Made by a program: the position numbers and the translations under genes
Notes under the pieces: generated by a model
The model's database searches: none
What the model was told of the DNA's origin: nothing
What the model saw: only the letters and a program-made list of their open reading frames with translations
Shown here: positions 1 to 10,685 of the stretch, piece by piece
Numbering within the stretch: the stretch's first letter is position 1
Layout: every line of letters starts with the position of its first letter
From: Candidatus Izemoplasmatales bacterium
Lineage (GTDB): Bacteria; Bacillota_I; Bacilli_A; Izemoplasmatales; Hujiaoplasmataceae
Assembly (NCBI GenBank): GCA_050949045.1
Contig: JBMNEZ010000001.1
Span: forward strand, 736,001-800,000
Length of the DNA stretch: 64,000 nt
Reading direction: 5' to 3'

Positions 1-39
1 CATACTGGTCTCCAAAAAAATAAGGCTGTGGTACCAGCC

Positions 40-480
40 TTATCTTTTCCTCATAAAGTTGAACTTGAAATAGATGCGGCCGAGATTGATCAAAACGTAT
101 AACAAAAGTGCCAAGACGAAAATCAGAACATTGACGACATATTGGGGATCGCCACCAAGATAGCCATACAGGACTGCGACTCCCAAAAGACCAAAGGCAC
201 TCAGAAACAAGAGGTAGATGAACTCGCCGCGATAAGTTGGTTTCACCCTGCGTTTCAGCCGATCCCGGTAATATAACAAACCGATAGTGCCAAGAACGGT
301 CAAAACAACCACAGAGATCAAAAGCCAAAACATGAAACGCATGATATTGACATGTTCGGCGATGTCAAAAATATAGGTGATGACAAGCACATTGGGGAAT
401 AAGAGAATCATGGTCGCATAAAACAGAATCAACCTGATTTCGAATTCAGAGTAGATCTTCTGACGTCTTCGGGTGTTCAT
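40..480 (-). CDS. hypothetical membrane protein (about 4 TM)
   Basis: 146-aa ORF with four hydrophobic stretches; overlaps the stop of the upstream AI-2E gene. Confidence 0.75.
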   Translation of the reverse strand: MNTRRRQKIYSEFEIRLILFYATMILLFPNVLVITYIFDIAEHVNIMRFMFWLLISVVVLTVLGTIGLLYYRDRLKRRVKPTYRGEFIYLLFLSAFGLLGVAVLYGYLGGDPQYVVNVLIFVLALLLYVLINLGRIYFKFNFMRKR

Positions 481-1613
481 GTTTTCAAATCGCCACCAGG
501 AGCCTCGTTGACCATTTTTTGTTCTCGCTGTTCTTTAAAAAAGGTGTAGAAAACCCGGATTGAAGCCGCAATCGGCGAAGCGAAAATGACGCCGAGGGCA
601 CCGAACAGTGAGCCAAAAAAGAGAATTGAGATAATGATAATCAGCGGATGCATTTCCAACTGGTGTGCCATAATGAGCGGCTGGAAGATATTACCTTCGA
701 CAAATTGCATCGCGACATTGACAAGCAGAACGGTGAACGGCCCTCCAGGCACTTCCCTGGTGACAAATGCGTAAATGATAGGCGGGATCGCCGCGATAAT
801 TGCGCCAAAATAGGGGATGATATTTGTCAAGCCGACGATCACGCCAAAGACGAAATAATACTTGAGCCCGATCAGTTTGTAGACAATGACAGCAACAGTC
901 CCGATCGCTAGCATCAGCAACAACTGCCCGCGAATGTAGGCTCCCACCGTTTGGTTGAGGCGGGATCCGAGGTCGGCGACTTTCTTCTCGCTCTTTTGGG
1001 GGATGATCGACCGCATTCGATCGCCGATCATCTCATAATCGAGGAGATAATAGATCAGCATAACAGGCATGATCGCGATCGCTGTCAGAATCGGCATCAA
1101 CGTGCTGGCGAGGGAAGTGATAATCGTGGGCAGGGTTGTGTCAAGCCAGGTGTTGAGAAAGTCGGTTCCTTCGATAAAAGCGCGGATCTGATCGTACAAA
1201 TCGGTTCCCAAGATGAATTCTTCCCTGAGATCGCCCGTCAAATAATCGATGATTTTTTGGAAATCATTGTTGAAGAAATCGGTTATTTCAGCGATCACCA
1301 ACGGCGTCACAAAATAGAAAAACGCGAAAATCAGGCCAATAGTAAGCAAAAACACGATCCCAAGCGATAATCCTCTGGGACCGATTCCCTTCTTCTCAAG
1401 ATACTTGATCAGAGGAAACATGATGACGGCGAACAAATACGCAAGCGCGACGGGAACGATGACCGCCTTGATGGCGTCGAGCAACCAATTCCAGACAGAG
1501 GCGAATTGGGTCGCCATGAAGACGACTGCCAAAACGAGCAGACCGATCAACAAAAAACGGATTATTCGATTCAGCCGTTCATCGGAAAAGGTTTTTTTAT
1601 TCACTCGTCTCAC
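477..1613 (-). CDS. AI-2E family transporter (PerM/YueF-like)
   Basis: Multi-TM protein with YIRGQLL, NIIPYFG, QFVEGNIFQPLIM and HPL..IISIL.FG.LFG..G motifs. Confidence 0.9.
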   Translation of the reverse strand: MRRVNKKTFSDERLNRIIRFLLIGLLVLAVVFMATQFASVWNWLLDAIKAVIVPVALAYLFAVIMFPLIKYLEKKGIGPRGLSLGIVFLLTIGLIFAFFYFVTPLVIAEITDFFNNDFQKIIDYLTGDLREEFILGTDLYDQIRAFIEGTDFLNTWLDTTLPTIITSLASTLMPILTAIAIMPVMLIYYLLDYEMIGDRMRSIIPQKSEKKVADLGSRLNQTVGAYIRGQLLLMLAIGTVAVIVYKLIGLKYYFVFGVIVGLTNIIPYFGAIIAAIPPIIYAFVTREVPGGPFTVLLVNVAMQFVEGNIFQPLIMAHQLEMHPLIIIISILFFGSLFGALGVIFASPIAASIRVFYTFFKEQREQKMVNEAPGGDLKT

Positions 1614-1673
1614 ATCCCATCATTTTGATATTATAGCATAAACCAAAAAAAGATGATACAAGCATATAAAGAA

Positions 1674-2993
1674 TTATTGGCGATCTTCCTCGCAATTCTG
1701 GCAGTTTCCCGTACATTCCAAATGTTCTTTACGGATACAGTCGACCAGATAAGCATACAAATCCCTGAGGGCGATGCGCTGTTGTTGCCCGGTTTTGGCG
1801 TTTTTTACGTTGATGTTTTCGCCGGCCAATTCTTCTTCTCCAAAGATCAAAAAGAAACGAGTGCCGAGTTTTTCGCCTTGGTTGAACTGGCCTTTGAGGT
1901 TTCTGTCAAGGAAATCATAGTCAACCACCAATCCTCCTCGTCTCAATGACTCGACAATGGCCACCGCCGAAGGCTTGGGTTTATCGCCGATAACAATCAA
2001 GAAAGCGTCGATCAAGGGGGAACACTGCTTTTGACTGAAACTCTCAAGGGCTAGAAGCAGGCGTTCAATGCCAAACGAAAAGCCCACAGCCGGCAAAGAA
2101 GGTCCGCCGAGCGTCTCGGCAAGGTCATCATACCTGCCGCCGCCACAAAGGGTTGCTTGGGCACCGAGCGTCGGGAGATCGGCTTCCAACTCAAAAACGG
2201 TGTGGGTGTAATAATCAAGGCCTCTGACAAGGCTCTTGTCGATATCATATTTGATGTCTAGCGCTTCTAAATAGCGAATGACGCTTTCAAAATGCTCACT
2301 CGCTTTTTTTGACAGGAAATCGAGCGGCTTCGGAGCATTGAGAAGCGCGGAATTTTCCTTGTCAACCTTGCAATCGAGCACCCGTAGGGGGTTCTCGAGA
2401 TAACGTCGTTGGCAGTCATGGCAGAGTTTGCCAATGACCGGTTCAAGATAGGCCTTCAGATTCTCGCGGTATCGGTCCTTGCTCTCTTGATCGCCGAGCG
2501 AGTTTATCTTCACCTTGACGTCTTTGATCCCGATGGCAAACAAAAATGTCGTCGCAAAAGCGATGATCTCGGAGTCAACGAGCGGATTTTCAGAACCAAT
2601 CACTTCGGCGCCGAACTGGTGGAACTGGCGCTGGCGGCCTTTTTGAGGCCGCTCATAGCGGAACATCGGTCCATAGTAAAACAACTTGAGAGGCTGTGGC
2701 AACGAACTGTAAAGCTTGTTTTCGACGACGCTCCGAATGATCGCTGCCGTTCCCTCGGGTCTGAGCGTCAGTGACCGGCCACCCCTGTCGGTGAAATCGT
2801 AGGTTTCTTTTTTAACGATATCCGTGGTCGAACCGATGCCGCGGTGAAATAGCTCCGAAGCTTCAAATAACGGAGTTCTCATCTCGGTATAGTTATACAG
2901 CCTAGCGACTTGTTTGATGGCTTGTTCAAGCCGTTGCCAGCGGTGTATTTCCTGCGGTAGGATATCTTGTGTGCCTTTGATTTTTGTTATCAT
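1674..2993 (-). CDS. hisS: histidine--tRNA ligase
   Basis: KGTQD, LRPEGTA, FRYERPQKGRQRQFHQ, LVRGLDYY, GGGRYD motifs. Confidence 0.98.
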   Translation of the reverse strand: MITKIKGTQDILPQEIHRWQRLEQAIKQVARLYNYTEMRTPLFEASELFHRGIGSTTDIVKKETYDFTDRGGRSLTLRPEGTAAIIRSVVENKLYSSLPQPLKLFYYGPMFRYERPQKGRQRQFHQFGAEVIGSENPLVDSEIIAFATTFLFAIGIKDVKVKINSLGDQESKDRYRENLKAYLEPVIGKLCHDCQRRYLENPLRVLDCKVDKENSALLNAPKPLDFLSKKASEHFESVIRYLEALDIKYDIDKSLVRGLDYYTHTVFELEADLPTLGAQATLCGGGRYDDLAETLGGPSLPAVGFSFGIERLLLALESFSQKQCSPLIDAFLIVIGDKPKPSAVAIVESLRRGGLVVDYDFLDRNLKGQFNQGEKLGTRFFLIFGEEELAGENINVKNAKTGQQQRIALRDLYAYLVDCIRKEHLECTGNCQNCEEDRQ

Positions 2994-3088
2994 GATCGAC
3001 GCTCCTTATTAAGATAAGAAAAAACCACCCTCTTTAGAAAAGGACGATACCCGGAAAACAAGAGTGGTTAGATGTAGTGTAGATCAGT

Positions 3089-3349
3089 TTAGCCAAAGTA
3101 TTTGTCGCTCACATGATCAACGACATAGTCGACCAGATCACTGACGTCATTCATCTTTGTGGCGGCTTCATCGGAAATCGACACCAGAAACTCGCTTTCG
3201 ATCTGGTTGAACAATTCTAAGGCATCCAGACTGTCAGCGCCAAAATCGTCGGCCAACCCGGCCCCCAAGACAACTTTTTCGGGTTTTACTCCGAGTTCTT
3301 GGACAATAATTTCTTTGATTTTTTCAAATACAACTTGTTTCTTATCCAT
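3089..3349 (-). CDS. acpP: acyl carrier protein
   Basis: GADSLD phosphopantetheine site; ATG at 3349 preceded by GGAGGTG RBS. Confidence 0.93.
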   Translation of the reverse strand: MDKKQVVFEKIKEIIVQELGVKPEKVVLGAGLADDFGADSLDALELFNQIESEFLVSISDEAATKMNDVSDLVDYVVDHVSDKYFG

Positions 3350-3439
3350 TGAATACACCTCCGTATCGTAGTCAAAGACAACTTCAAACGTATTATAGAA
3401 TATTTCCCGGGCTAAGTCAAACAGATGAAATATATTTGT

Positions 3440-3880
3440 TCATCTTTCCAGCATAATCGTAACAGGCCCGTCATTGACCAAATTGACTTCCATATGGGCG
3501 CCGAAGACACCACTCTCAATCTTTTTTGAAGTCACAATCGCCAGCAAATCAAGAAATTTCTTGAACATGGACTCCGCAAGGGCGGGGGCCATCGCCTTGG
3601 TGAACGAGGGACGGTTTCCGTCATTCAAATCGCCGTACAAGGTGAACTGAGATACTGCGAGCAGTTCTCCATCAACGTCAACCACGCTGAGGTTCATTTT
3701 GTCGTCTTGGTCTGGGAAAATACGCAATTTAGCGATTTTATTGACAATCCATCTGATCTTTTCTTCGGTGTCGCCTTCAGTAAAACCGACCAATATTAAA
3801 AGTCCTTTATCAATCTGTGCAACGATGGAATTATCAACTGAAACACTTGCTCGACTGACTCTTTGAATTAGTGCCCTCAT
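3440..3880 (-). CDS. dtd: D-aminoacyl-tRNA deacylase
   Basis: MRALIQRV, VSQFTL, NDGPVT motifs; follows rel. Confidence 0.97.
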   Translation of the reverse strand: MRALIQRVSRASVSVDNSIVAQIDKGLLILVGFTEGDTEEKIRWIVNKIAKLRIFPDQDDKMNLSVVDVDGELLAVSQFTLYGDLNDGNRPSFTKAMAPALAESMFKKFLDLLAIVTSKKIESGVFGAHMEVNLVNDGPVTIMLER

Positions 3881-3882
3881 TT

Positions 3883-6075
3883 CTAGCAGATCCTTTCGAT
3901 CGAATAAACGCCTTTGACTTTTTGGATGTTGCCGATAACACCGTCAAGCTCCAAAACATTGCCGATTTCGATTTTCATTCTGATGATGCCTTCCTTGACT
4001 TTGTTTGTTTGAGCGCTTACTTGGCTGATCTTAGCCTTTGATGCCGTCGCGGCGTTGATGATGTCGGCGAGGACATTGTCACGGTTTTGAACAATGATCT
4101 TGATGCTGGTCTCATACTTTTTAATCATGTTCGTGCCCCAAAACACATCGATCAGTCTGGCTTTGTCAAAATATGTGATGTTCTTGCACTGCTGGCGATG
4201 AACAACGATACCCGAGTTTTTCGAGACATAGCCGACAATATCATCACCCAAAATAGGGTTACAGCAATTGGCCAACTTGACTGATGGATTGGTCAGCCCT
4301 TCGACGACGATGTTGATATCGCTGTGTACCGTCCTCTGCTTCTGCTGGCGTTTTTCTTCGGGAAGATTGATTTTTTCCAGCAGTTCTTCCTCGGAAAGGG
4401 GGTCTTTGCCTGTCAATAGGTTCAAGGCACCGATCGGGGAAATGATGTTCTTCCCAATCTCAAAATAGAAGTCCTCAACCGTCTTGACACCTTTATTGGC
4501 GAACAGATCGGCGACGAGTTTGTCAGAAAGCGTGACCGACAGATGCCTGGACTGGACCTCTCTTTCAAAATCATCCCGCCCCTGCTCGACCAGCACATCG
4601 CGTTTCTGTTTATTTAAGAAATTTTTGATTTTGCTTCTTGCATTCGACGTTTTAGCGATTTTGAGCCAGTTTTCGTTAGGCCCTACCGCATTCTGGCTGG
4701 TGCGAATCTCGACCATGTCGCCAGTCTTGAGCGTATAGTCAAGGGGTTGGATCTTGCCATTTACGATTGCTCCGACAGTTTTCTCGCCAAGTCTAGTGTG
4801 GATTCGGAAAGCGAAATCAATCGGGGTCGCACCTGCCGTAAGATCGATGATGTCGCCATTCGGGGTAAACACATAAACATTGGCATTCAAGATATCGTCG
4901 GTGAAGATGTTCAAGATCTCCTCCTCCGAATCCGATTCCTCAGTATAGCGGATCAACTCGGAATACCATCTGAGTTTCGAAGAAACGATATCTTCGATAC
5001 TCTTACGGCTTTGAGTCTGCCCATGGCCTTCCTTGTAAGCCCAATGGGCGGCGACGCCTTTTTCGGCGATCTCGTCCATCTCTCGAGTCCTGATCTGGAT
5101 CTCATAGATTTTGCCTTTATGTACGACAGTCGTGTGAAGAGACTGATACATGTTTGGCTTCGGCATCGCAATATAGTCTTTGAATCTACCCGGAACAGGG
5201 ATGAATTTTGAATGGACGATCCCGATGGCCCGATAACAATCGCTGATCGTATCGACGATCACTCTCAGGGCTAACAGATCGTTGATTTCCTCAAAATCAA
5301 GATGTTTGACCATCATTTTGCGATAAACGCTGTGGATGTTTTTGATCCGGCCGCTGACTTCATAATGAAAGTTTTCCTGTTTCAGCAATTTCTCGAGTTC
5401 CGTTTGCATTATTTTGATGTCGGATTCGCGGTTGACCTTTTTATCCTTGATCAGCTTGGCGATTTCCTTATACTCAGTCGGATACAGATACTTGAATGCC
5501 AGGTCTTCGAGTTCGGCCTTCAACCTGTACATTCCGAGACGATGCGCGATCGGCGCGAAGACATCGAGCGTTTCTCTGCTGATCCGGGCTTGCCGTTCGG
5601 GATCAAGGTGATTGAGCGTACGCATATTGTTCAATCTGTCAGCGAGTTTGACGAAGATGACACGGATGTCCCTGGCCATCGCCAAAACCATCTTTTGGTG
5701 GTTTTTGGCTTGTTCAACCGGACGCGACCCTTCGTATTGGAGATGATGAAGTTTTGTGAGGCCTTCAACTATCTCGGCAACCTCTTCGCCAAAGAGTTTC
5801 TTGATTTCGCTGTACTCGGTATCGGTATCTTCAAGAATATCGTGCAACAGACCTGCGGCGATCGTGTTGGGATCGACGCGATACTCGCTGAGGGTGATTG
5901 CGACCTGAACGGGATGAATGATGAAGGGTTCTCCTGATTTGCGTTTTTGAAGTCTGTGGCGTTCGTAGGCAAAGTCAAAAGCGCGCCTGATGAAATCGCG
6001 GTGCTCTTTTTTGGTGATATATGGGCTTATCGCAATATCTAAGGGACGAAATGCATCATCGCCTGACATCATCAT
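3883..6075 (-). CDS. rel: bifunctional (p)ppGpp synthetase/hydrolase (long RSH)
   Basis: LLHD hydrolase motif, KLADRLNNMRTL, YQSLHT, EIQIRT, TGS (DFAFRIHT), CCNP zinc finger, C-terminal ACT. Confidence 0.97.
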   Translation of the reverse strand: MMMSGDDAFRPLDIAISPYITKKEHRDFIRRAFDFAYERHRLQKRKSGEPFIIHPVQVAITLSEYRVDPNTIAAGLLHDILEDTDTEYSEIKKLFGEEVAEIVEGLTKLHHLQYEGSRPVEQAKNHQKMVLAMARDIRVIFVKLADRLNNMRTLNHLDPERQARISRETLDVFAPIAHRLGMYRLKAELEDLAFKYLYPTEYKEIAKLIKDKKVNRESDIKIMQTELEKLLKQENFHYEVSGRIKNIHSVYRKMMVKHLDFEEINDLLALRVIVDTISDCYRAIGIVHSKFIPVPGRFKDYIAMPKPNMYQSLHTTVVHKGKIYEIQIRTREMDEIAEKGVAAHWAYKEGHGQTQSRKSIEDIVSSKLRWYSELIRYTEESDSEEEILNIFTDDILNANVYVFTPNGDIIDLTAGATPIDFAFRIHTRLGEKTVGAIVNGKIQPLDYTLKTGDMVEIRTSQNAVGPNENWLKIAKTSNARSKIKNFLNKQKRDVLVEQGRDDFEREVQSRHLSVTLSDKLVADLFANKGVKTVEDFYFEIGKNIISPIGALNLLTGKDPLSEEELLEKINLPEEKRQQKQRTVHSDINIVVEGLTNPSVKLANCCNPILGDDIVGYVSKNSGIVVHRQQCKNITYFDKARLIDVFWGTNMIKKYETSIKIIVQNRDNVLADIINAATASKAKISQVSAQTNKVKEGIIRMKIEIGNVLELDGVIGNIQKVKGVYSIERIC

Positions 6076-6100
6076 CCCTCCCTTCTAGAAACCTCGTCGG

Positions 6101-6613
6101 TCAATATTTCAAGAGTACTTTGATCGGATAACCGGGGAAGCGATCGCGGCCTTTCAAATCGATGAGTTCGATGACGAACGCAAGCCCGACAACGATGCCG
6201 CCGGACTGTTCGACAAGTTTGATCGTTGCTTCAACCGTGCCTCCGGTCGCCAGAAGGTCATCGACAATGATGACTTTTTCTTTCGGCTTGATCGCGTCCT
6301 TGTGGATGCAGAGAGTGTTTTTCCCGTATTCGAGTTCATAATCGTAGCTGATGACGGCGCGCGGTAGTTTTCCCGCCTTGCGAACCGGGATGAAGCCGGC
6401 CTCCAGCATTAGGGCAACAGGCGCGCCGATAATGAAACCGCGGGCATCGGGGCCGACGACTTTGGTCGCTCCCAGGCTTCTTCCAAAAGCTGCGAGTTCG
6501 CCGATCGCCTGATGAAAGGCTTCGCCGTCGCCAATCAGGGGTGTTATATCCTTGAACTGGATGCTGGGAATCGGAAAGTCGGGAACATTGATAATATAAT
6601 CTTCATAGTTCAT
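6101..6613 (-). CDS. apt: adenine phosphoribosyltransferase
   Basis: FKDITP, RKAGKLP, YELEYG, VDDLLATGGT. Confidence 0.98.
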   Translation of the reverse strand: MNYEDYIINVPDFPIPSIQFKDITPLIGDGEAFHQAIGELAAFGRSLGATKVVGPDARGFIIGAPVALMLEAGFIPVRKAGKLPRAVISYDYELEYGKNTLCIHKDAIKPKEKVIIVDDLLATGGTVEATIKLVEQSGGIVVGLAFVIELIDLKGRDRFPGYPIKVLLKY

Positions 6614-8696
6614 GGTTATCCTCCATCAGTTTCGCATAATGATTTTTTAGCCTGCCGGTTGGCAGAGAATAGAGCTTTTCAATGTCATTTTTGAGTTCAA
6701 AACACTTCAGGTACGTAGGCGAGTTTTTCAAATCCTTCTTTTCGGAAATCTCCACGATCTGGAAAAACTCATCCGTTTGGGTCAAAAGCCCGACTTCGAT
6801 CAGAATGGCGATTATCCACCCGGCAATAATCGGGTCGATCCCGAATGTGTCTTTAAAAGCGGAAAGCGAAGCGCGCTCGTTTTGCTTGAAGAACAAAAAA
6901 CTTTTGGTAATAAAATCTTTAGTCATGATTTCCGAGAGATCGGGATCAAGGGTTTTTCGGGTAAGCACCACCGTCATCTGCTTTTGGTTTTCGACACCCT
7001 TGATGATGGATTCATCATCGATGATCACTGTGTCGTCAAAATAACCGATTTCCTGAAGCCTTTGCTTATCCCAGTCGCGGTAGTCTAGCAACTGGAAATG
7101 CATGCATTCGAGATCTTTGATGATTACTTGGATCTCAACACGGTTTTTCCAGTTGTTAATGTTGAGACCACCGACGATGTTCACACGATCGTTTTCCTGT
7201 AAGCGGTAGTAGTACTCCGAGGAATTGAAAGCCAGCGCATCAAAGAGAATCCCGTTCCTGCTCACTGTCAGCTTGGTGTGTTTATTCTGTAACAACTGCT
7301 TATTCTCGACAACCAGGTCGCATAAGAGAAAAGTGGCAGTAAAGAAGGAAAGATCTTGCATTCTTTTTACGGTCGCAATCCTTATGGTATCAATTTCGAT
7401 CTCCATGTCGACCATCAGTTTTGGCAGTGCATCAGTCCTGGAGATCTGATTCAACCGCTGTTTCAAGATTGGGATGTTCGCCGCTTCGATCTGCAGACCG
7501 GCAGCTTGCTGGTGGCCGCCGAACCGCATCAACAAATCTTTTGACTGTTTGAGGATCTCGAGGATATTGTCATCGGCGAAGGAGCGCATCGATCCTTTGC
7601 CGATGTTCGCCTCGTCAAGGGTGATGACGATGGCGGAGCGCTGGTACTTCTCGGCCAATTTCTGAGCGCAGATGCCGATTACGCCCTCATGGAGATTTTT
7701 GGATGCTACAACGATCACGCTGTCATTCGGGTCAACCATGGCTTCGCAACGTTTCAGAGCTTCGACAGTCAGTTCTTTCCGGTTTTCATGGCTTTCTTCG
7801 ATCTGCCTGATCAATCTGTCCACCTCAGCTTCGGATTCGCTGACAAGCAATCTGACGGCGTCGTGAGCTCTGCCGAGGCGTCCGGAACTGTTAATCTTCG
7901 GAGCGATCTTGAAGGCGATCGCGGTTTCATTGATCAAATCGATATTGGAGGAAGCCAACAGTTTCTTGAGGCCAAGATTCTTGGTTTTTCGAAGTTGCTT
8001 GAGACCGAGGTTCACCATCGCCTGGTTTTCATCGAGCAAAGGCATCAAATCCGCTATCGTCCCGATCATCACGAGATCATAGAGATCGCTGAGTTTGTCA
8101 CGAGTGAGAGCGGATGCCAGTTTGTAGGCGGTCATCACCCCGGCAATATCCTTGAAAGGGTAAAGCGGGCTGTGCTTCGCATGGATGATGGCATAAGCCT
8201 CGGGCAGAATGCCCTTGTCTTCGTGATGGTCGGTAATGATGGTGTCGATGCCGGCATCGTTGAGACGCTTGACCTCATCGATGGCGGTGATGCCGTTGTC
8301 AACGGTGATGACGAGATCGTATTTGTCATCGATGATTTTCTGAACCGCCCGCAGATTGAGGCCATAGCCATCTTGAAAACGGTCGGGGAGATCAAAATCC
8401 ACCTTGGCGCCCAAGCTGGTCAGCGTCCGGAACAAAACCGCAATCGCGCTGATACCGTCACAATCATAGTCGCCATAGATCAATAGCTTCTCACCGCGTT
8501 TTATGCCTGACATAATCCGCTCGACAGCCTCGCGCATCCCCGAAAGCAACCAAGGGTCGTGTAGGGATTCTTCACCCATGGAGAAGAAATGGTCCGCATC
8601 GTCAATGCCACGGTTCAGTAGGATGTGTTTGAAGATATTTTCGTCATCGATGATTCCGGAAACCATCACATGCCAATCGTATTTCGGTCTGATCAA
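6603..8696 (-). CDS. recJ: single-stranded-DNA-specific exonuclease RecJ
   Basis: YGDYDCDG, ITVDNG, TDHH, GTIAD, FGGH motifs; recJ-apt-rel-dtd order. Confidence 0.96.
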   Translation of the reverse strand: MIRPKYDWHVMVSGIIDDENIFKHILLNRGIDDADHFFSMGEESLHDPWLLSGMREAVERIMSGIKRGEKLLIYGDYDCDGISAIAVLFRTLTSLGAKVDFDLPDRFQDGYGLNLRAVQKIIDDKYDLVITVDNGITAIDEVKRLNDAGIDTIITDHHEDKGILPEAYAIIHAKHSPLYPFKDIAGVMTAYKLASALTRDKLSDLYDLVMIGTIADLMPLLDENQAMVNLGLKQLRKTKNLGLKKLLASSNIDLINETAIAFKIAPKINSSGRLGRAHDAVRLLVSESEAEVDRLIRQIEESHENRKELTVEALKRCEAMVDPNDSVIVVASKNLHEGVIGICAQKLAEKYQRSAIVITLDEANIGKGSMRSFADDNILEILKQSKDLLMRFGGHQQAAGLQIEAANIPILKQRLNQISRTDALPKLMVDMEIEIDTIRIATVKRMQDLSFFTATFLLCDLVVENKQLLQNKHTKLTVSRNGILFDALAFNSSEYYYRLQENDRVNIVGGLNINNWKNRVEIQVIIKDLECMHFQLLDYRDWDKQRLQEIGYFDDTVIIDDESIIKGVENQKQMTVVLTRKTLDPDLSEIMTKDFITKSFLFFKQNERASLSAFKDTFGIDPIIAGWIIAILIEVGLLTQTDEFFQIVEISEKKDLKNSPTYLKCFELKNDIEKLYSLPTGRLKNHYAKLMEDNHEL

Positions 8697-8767
8697 GCTA
8701 TCACTCTTTCCTTTTGAATATTATAGCGGTTATCGGCACTCTTGACTAGCCCAAAATCCGAATAAAG

Positions 8768-9586
8768 TCAAAATTCGATAGATAGGTCTAGACTCTTGTA
8801 CGAATGGGTTATCATTCCGACAGAGATATAATCGACTCCTATCGCGGCAACTTCTTTAACCCTTTCAAGCGTCATGTTGCCGCTGGCCTCGAGTTTTTTC
8901 CTGCCATCGTTCAAAGCAACGCATTCCCTCATCGTTTCCAAATCCATATTGTCGAGCATGATGATGTCGCAGGCTGTCGTGAGCGCTTCTTTGAACATCG
9001 CCGGATTTTCGACTTCGACTTCGATTGCGACCTTCGGCCCGATTCGAGGGCGCACTCTCGCAACCGCTTCTGTGATTGAGCCCGCCGCCTTGATATGGTT
9101 GTCCTTAAGCATCACCATTTCGGAAAGATTCAGCCGGTGGTTTTGTCCGCCTCCGTGTCTGACCGCCATTTTTTCAAGCAGCCTGAAGCCCGGTGTTGTT
9201 TTTCTGGTATCGAGGATCACCGCTTTTGTTCCTTTGGTCTGATCGACGAACCGGGAGGTCAGAGTCGCAATTCCCGACATCCGCTGCAAAATGTTCAAGG
9301 CGACTCTCTCGGCCATTAGAAGCGACTTGGTCCTGCCGGAAACGAGGGCGACGACATCGCCTTTTTTGATGCGGTCGCCGTCATTCACTTTCGGAACGTA
9401 ATCGATTTTCTTGTCGACGGCTTTAAAAACCTCCCCAATCACTTCAATCCCGGAGATAACGCCTTCTTCCTTGGCTATCACTTTGCCGCTCGATACTTCT
9501 TTAAAGAACAGATACTTGCTCGATATATCGCCTTTTGGCGCATCCTCGTGAAGCGCGTTTCTGATGATTTTGCGGATTTCGTCCAT
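8768..9586 (-). CDS. nadC: nicotinate-nucleotide diphosphorylase (quinolinate phosphoribosyltransferase)
   Basis: QRMSGIAT, DTRKTTPG, LKDNH, IMLDNM, EASGN; start placed at MDEIRK (9586). Confidence 0.95.
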   Translation of the reverse strand: MDEIRKIIRNALHEDAPKGDISSKYLFFKEVSSGKVIAKEEGVISGIEVIGEVFKAVDKKIDYVPKVNDGDRIKKGDVVALVSGRTKSLLMAERVALNILQRMSGIATLTSRFVDQTKGTKAVILDTRKTTPGFRLLEKMAVRHGGGQNHRLNLSEMVMLKDNHIKAAGSITEAVARVRPRIGPKVAIEVEVENPAMFKEALTTACDIIMLDNMDLETMRECVALNDGRKKLEASGNMTLERVKEVAAIGVDYISVGMITHSYKSLDLSIEF

Positions 9587-9587
9587 G

Positions 9588-10685
9588 CTAGTCTCCCAGA
9601 TCCAAGCCCAGTTGTTCAGGGCTGTATTTGTTCGTTTCCTTATGATAAAGCTTGATCCATTTCGCACTTCTCCCTGTTCCTAGGGGCCTGATCTTGTTTT
9701 CTTCTTGCAGTCTCTTTAGTGTCCGGTTGATCGTCGAGTCGGAGATGAAGGGATGTTTGAGACGAATATCAGCTTTTTGAAACACTTCCGGCAGTTTGCC
9801 GATCGTGTTCTCGATATAGTCCGACTTCGAGATCTCAAGTTGGGATTCGTATTCATAGTCGCGAGCGTAATCCCGAAGTTCCAAATACAGTTGATGATAC
9901 ATCCTGATCATGAACCTGGCAAGCGGCATGATCTCCGAAAAACCCTCGCTCCAACCGAAACGGGTTTTATCCAACAGTTTGCTATACTCATCAAGGTTGA
10001 GAAGCAGTTTCGCAAAAAAGGACAGATACGAGGCGACGATGATGCCTTCTTGAAGCATCATGATGTAGAACACCAAAAGCGCAACCACATCATTCTGATC
10101 GTGTTTGTAGATCTCCATGTTCATGAAGTCGACCATAAAATTGAGATAGAGAAACAAAGGCTCGGAGTTCCCCTGCTTCTTGACCTCTTGGACTTTTCTG
10201 ATCAGTTCTTCGAGTTGTTCTCTCAGCGACAGGGAGTCGGATGCTATTAGCGAAGGCCGTTGACGTTCCAGTTTCCGGTACTGTAATTTTTCAGGCGACA
10301 AAACATTCTTGAACAACAGCTTTGTAAGATCGTTTATTTCCGTGACGTTCAAATGGAACGGCTGGCTGCTCCTTTCGTGGATCATCAAGAAAATCGCGAT
10401 GATATTTTTATACTGGACCTCGGCCTTGTTCTTGGCTACCGTCGATGACAGTCTCAAGGACCGCAGCCGAGCATCGGATACTTTAAACGAAGGAAAAAAG
10501 GCGCGGAAAAAGGCAGTTGCCTCCAAGTAGGCATTCTGCTCGCGGATGCGCGCGAAGTCATTCTTGAATAGTTGCTGGTACACTTCGTTCCTGCCCAACT
10601 GATAGTAGAGTTTGAGCGTGCTCATGAAGATATCGGAGGGAATCGGCGTACGGTTAATATTATCGATACAGTTCATCAAGATCAC
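9588..10685 (-). CDS. Fic-like protein with degenerate catalytic motif and C-terminal wHTH
   Basis: Fido-like layout (FMVDFMNMEIYKHDQNDVVALL where HPFxDGNGR is expected); C-terminal ISDSTINRTLKRLQEENKIRPLGTGRSAKW wHTH. Confidence 0.6.
   Translation of the reverse strand: MILMNCIDNINRTPIPSDIFMSTLKLYYQLGRNEVYQQLFKNDFARIREQNAYLEATAFFRAFFPSFKVSDARLRSLRLSSTVAKNKAEVQYKNIIAIFLMIHERSSQPFHLNVTEINDLTKLLFKNVLSPEKLQYRKLERQRPSLIASDSLSLREQLEELIRKVQEVKKQGNSEPLFLYLNFMVDFMNMEIYKHDQNDVVALLVFYIMMLQEGIIVASYLSFFAKLLLNLDEYSKLLDKTRFGWSEGFSEIMPLARFMIRMYHQLYLELRDYARDYEYESQLEISKSDYIENTIGKLPEVFQKADIRLKHPFISDSTINRTLKRLQEENKIRPLGTGRSAKWIKLYHKETNKYSPEQLGLDLGD

Noticed and set aside
3018..3070. Possible T-box leader upstream of hisS
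   Set aside because: Only a hairpin with a T-tract is visible. There is no T-box consensus or stem I, and the 95-bp gap is too short; more likely the acpP terminator.
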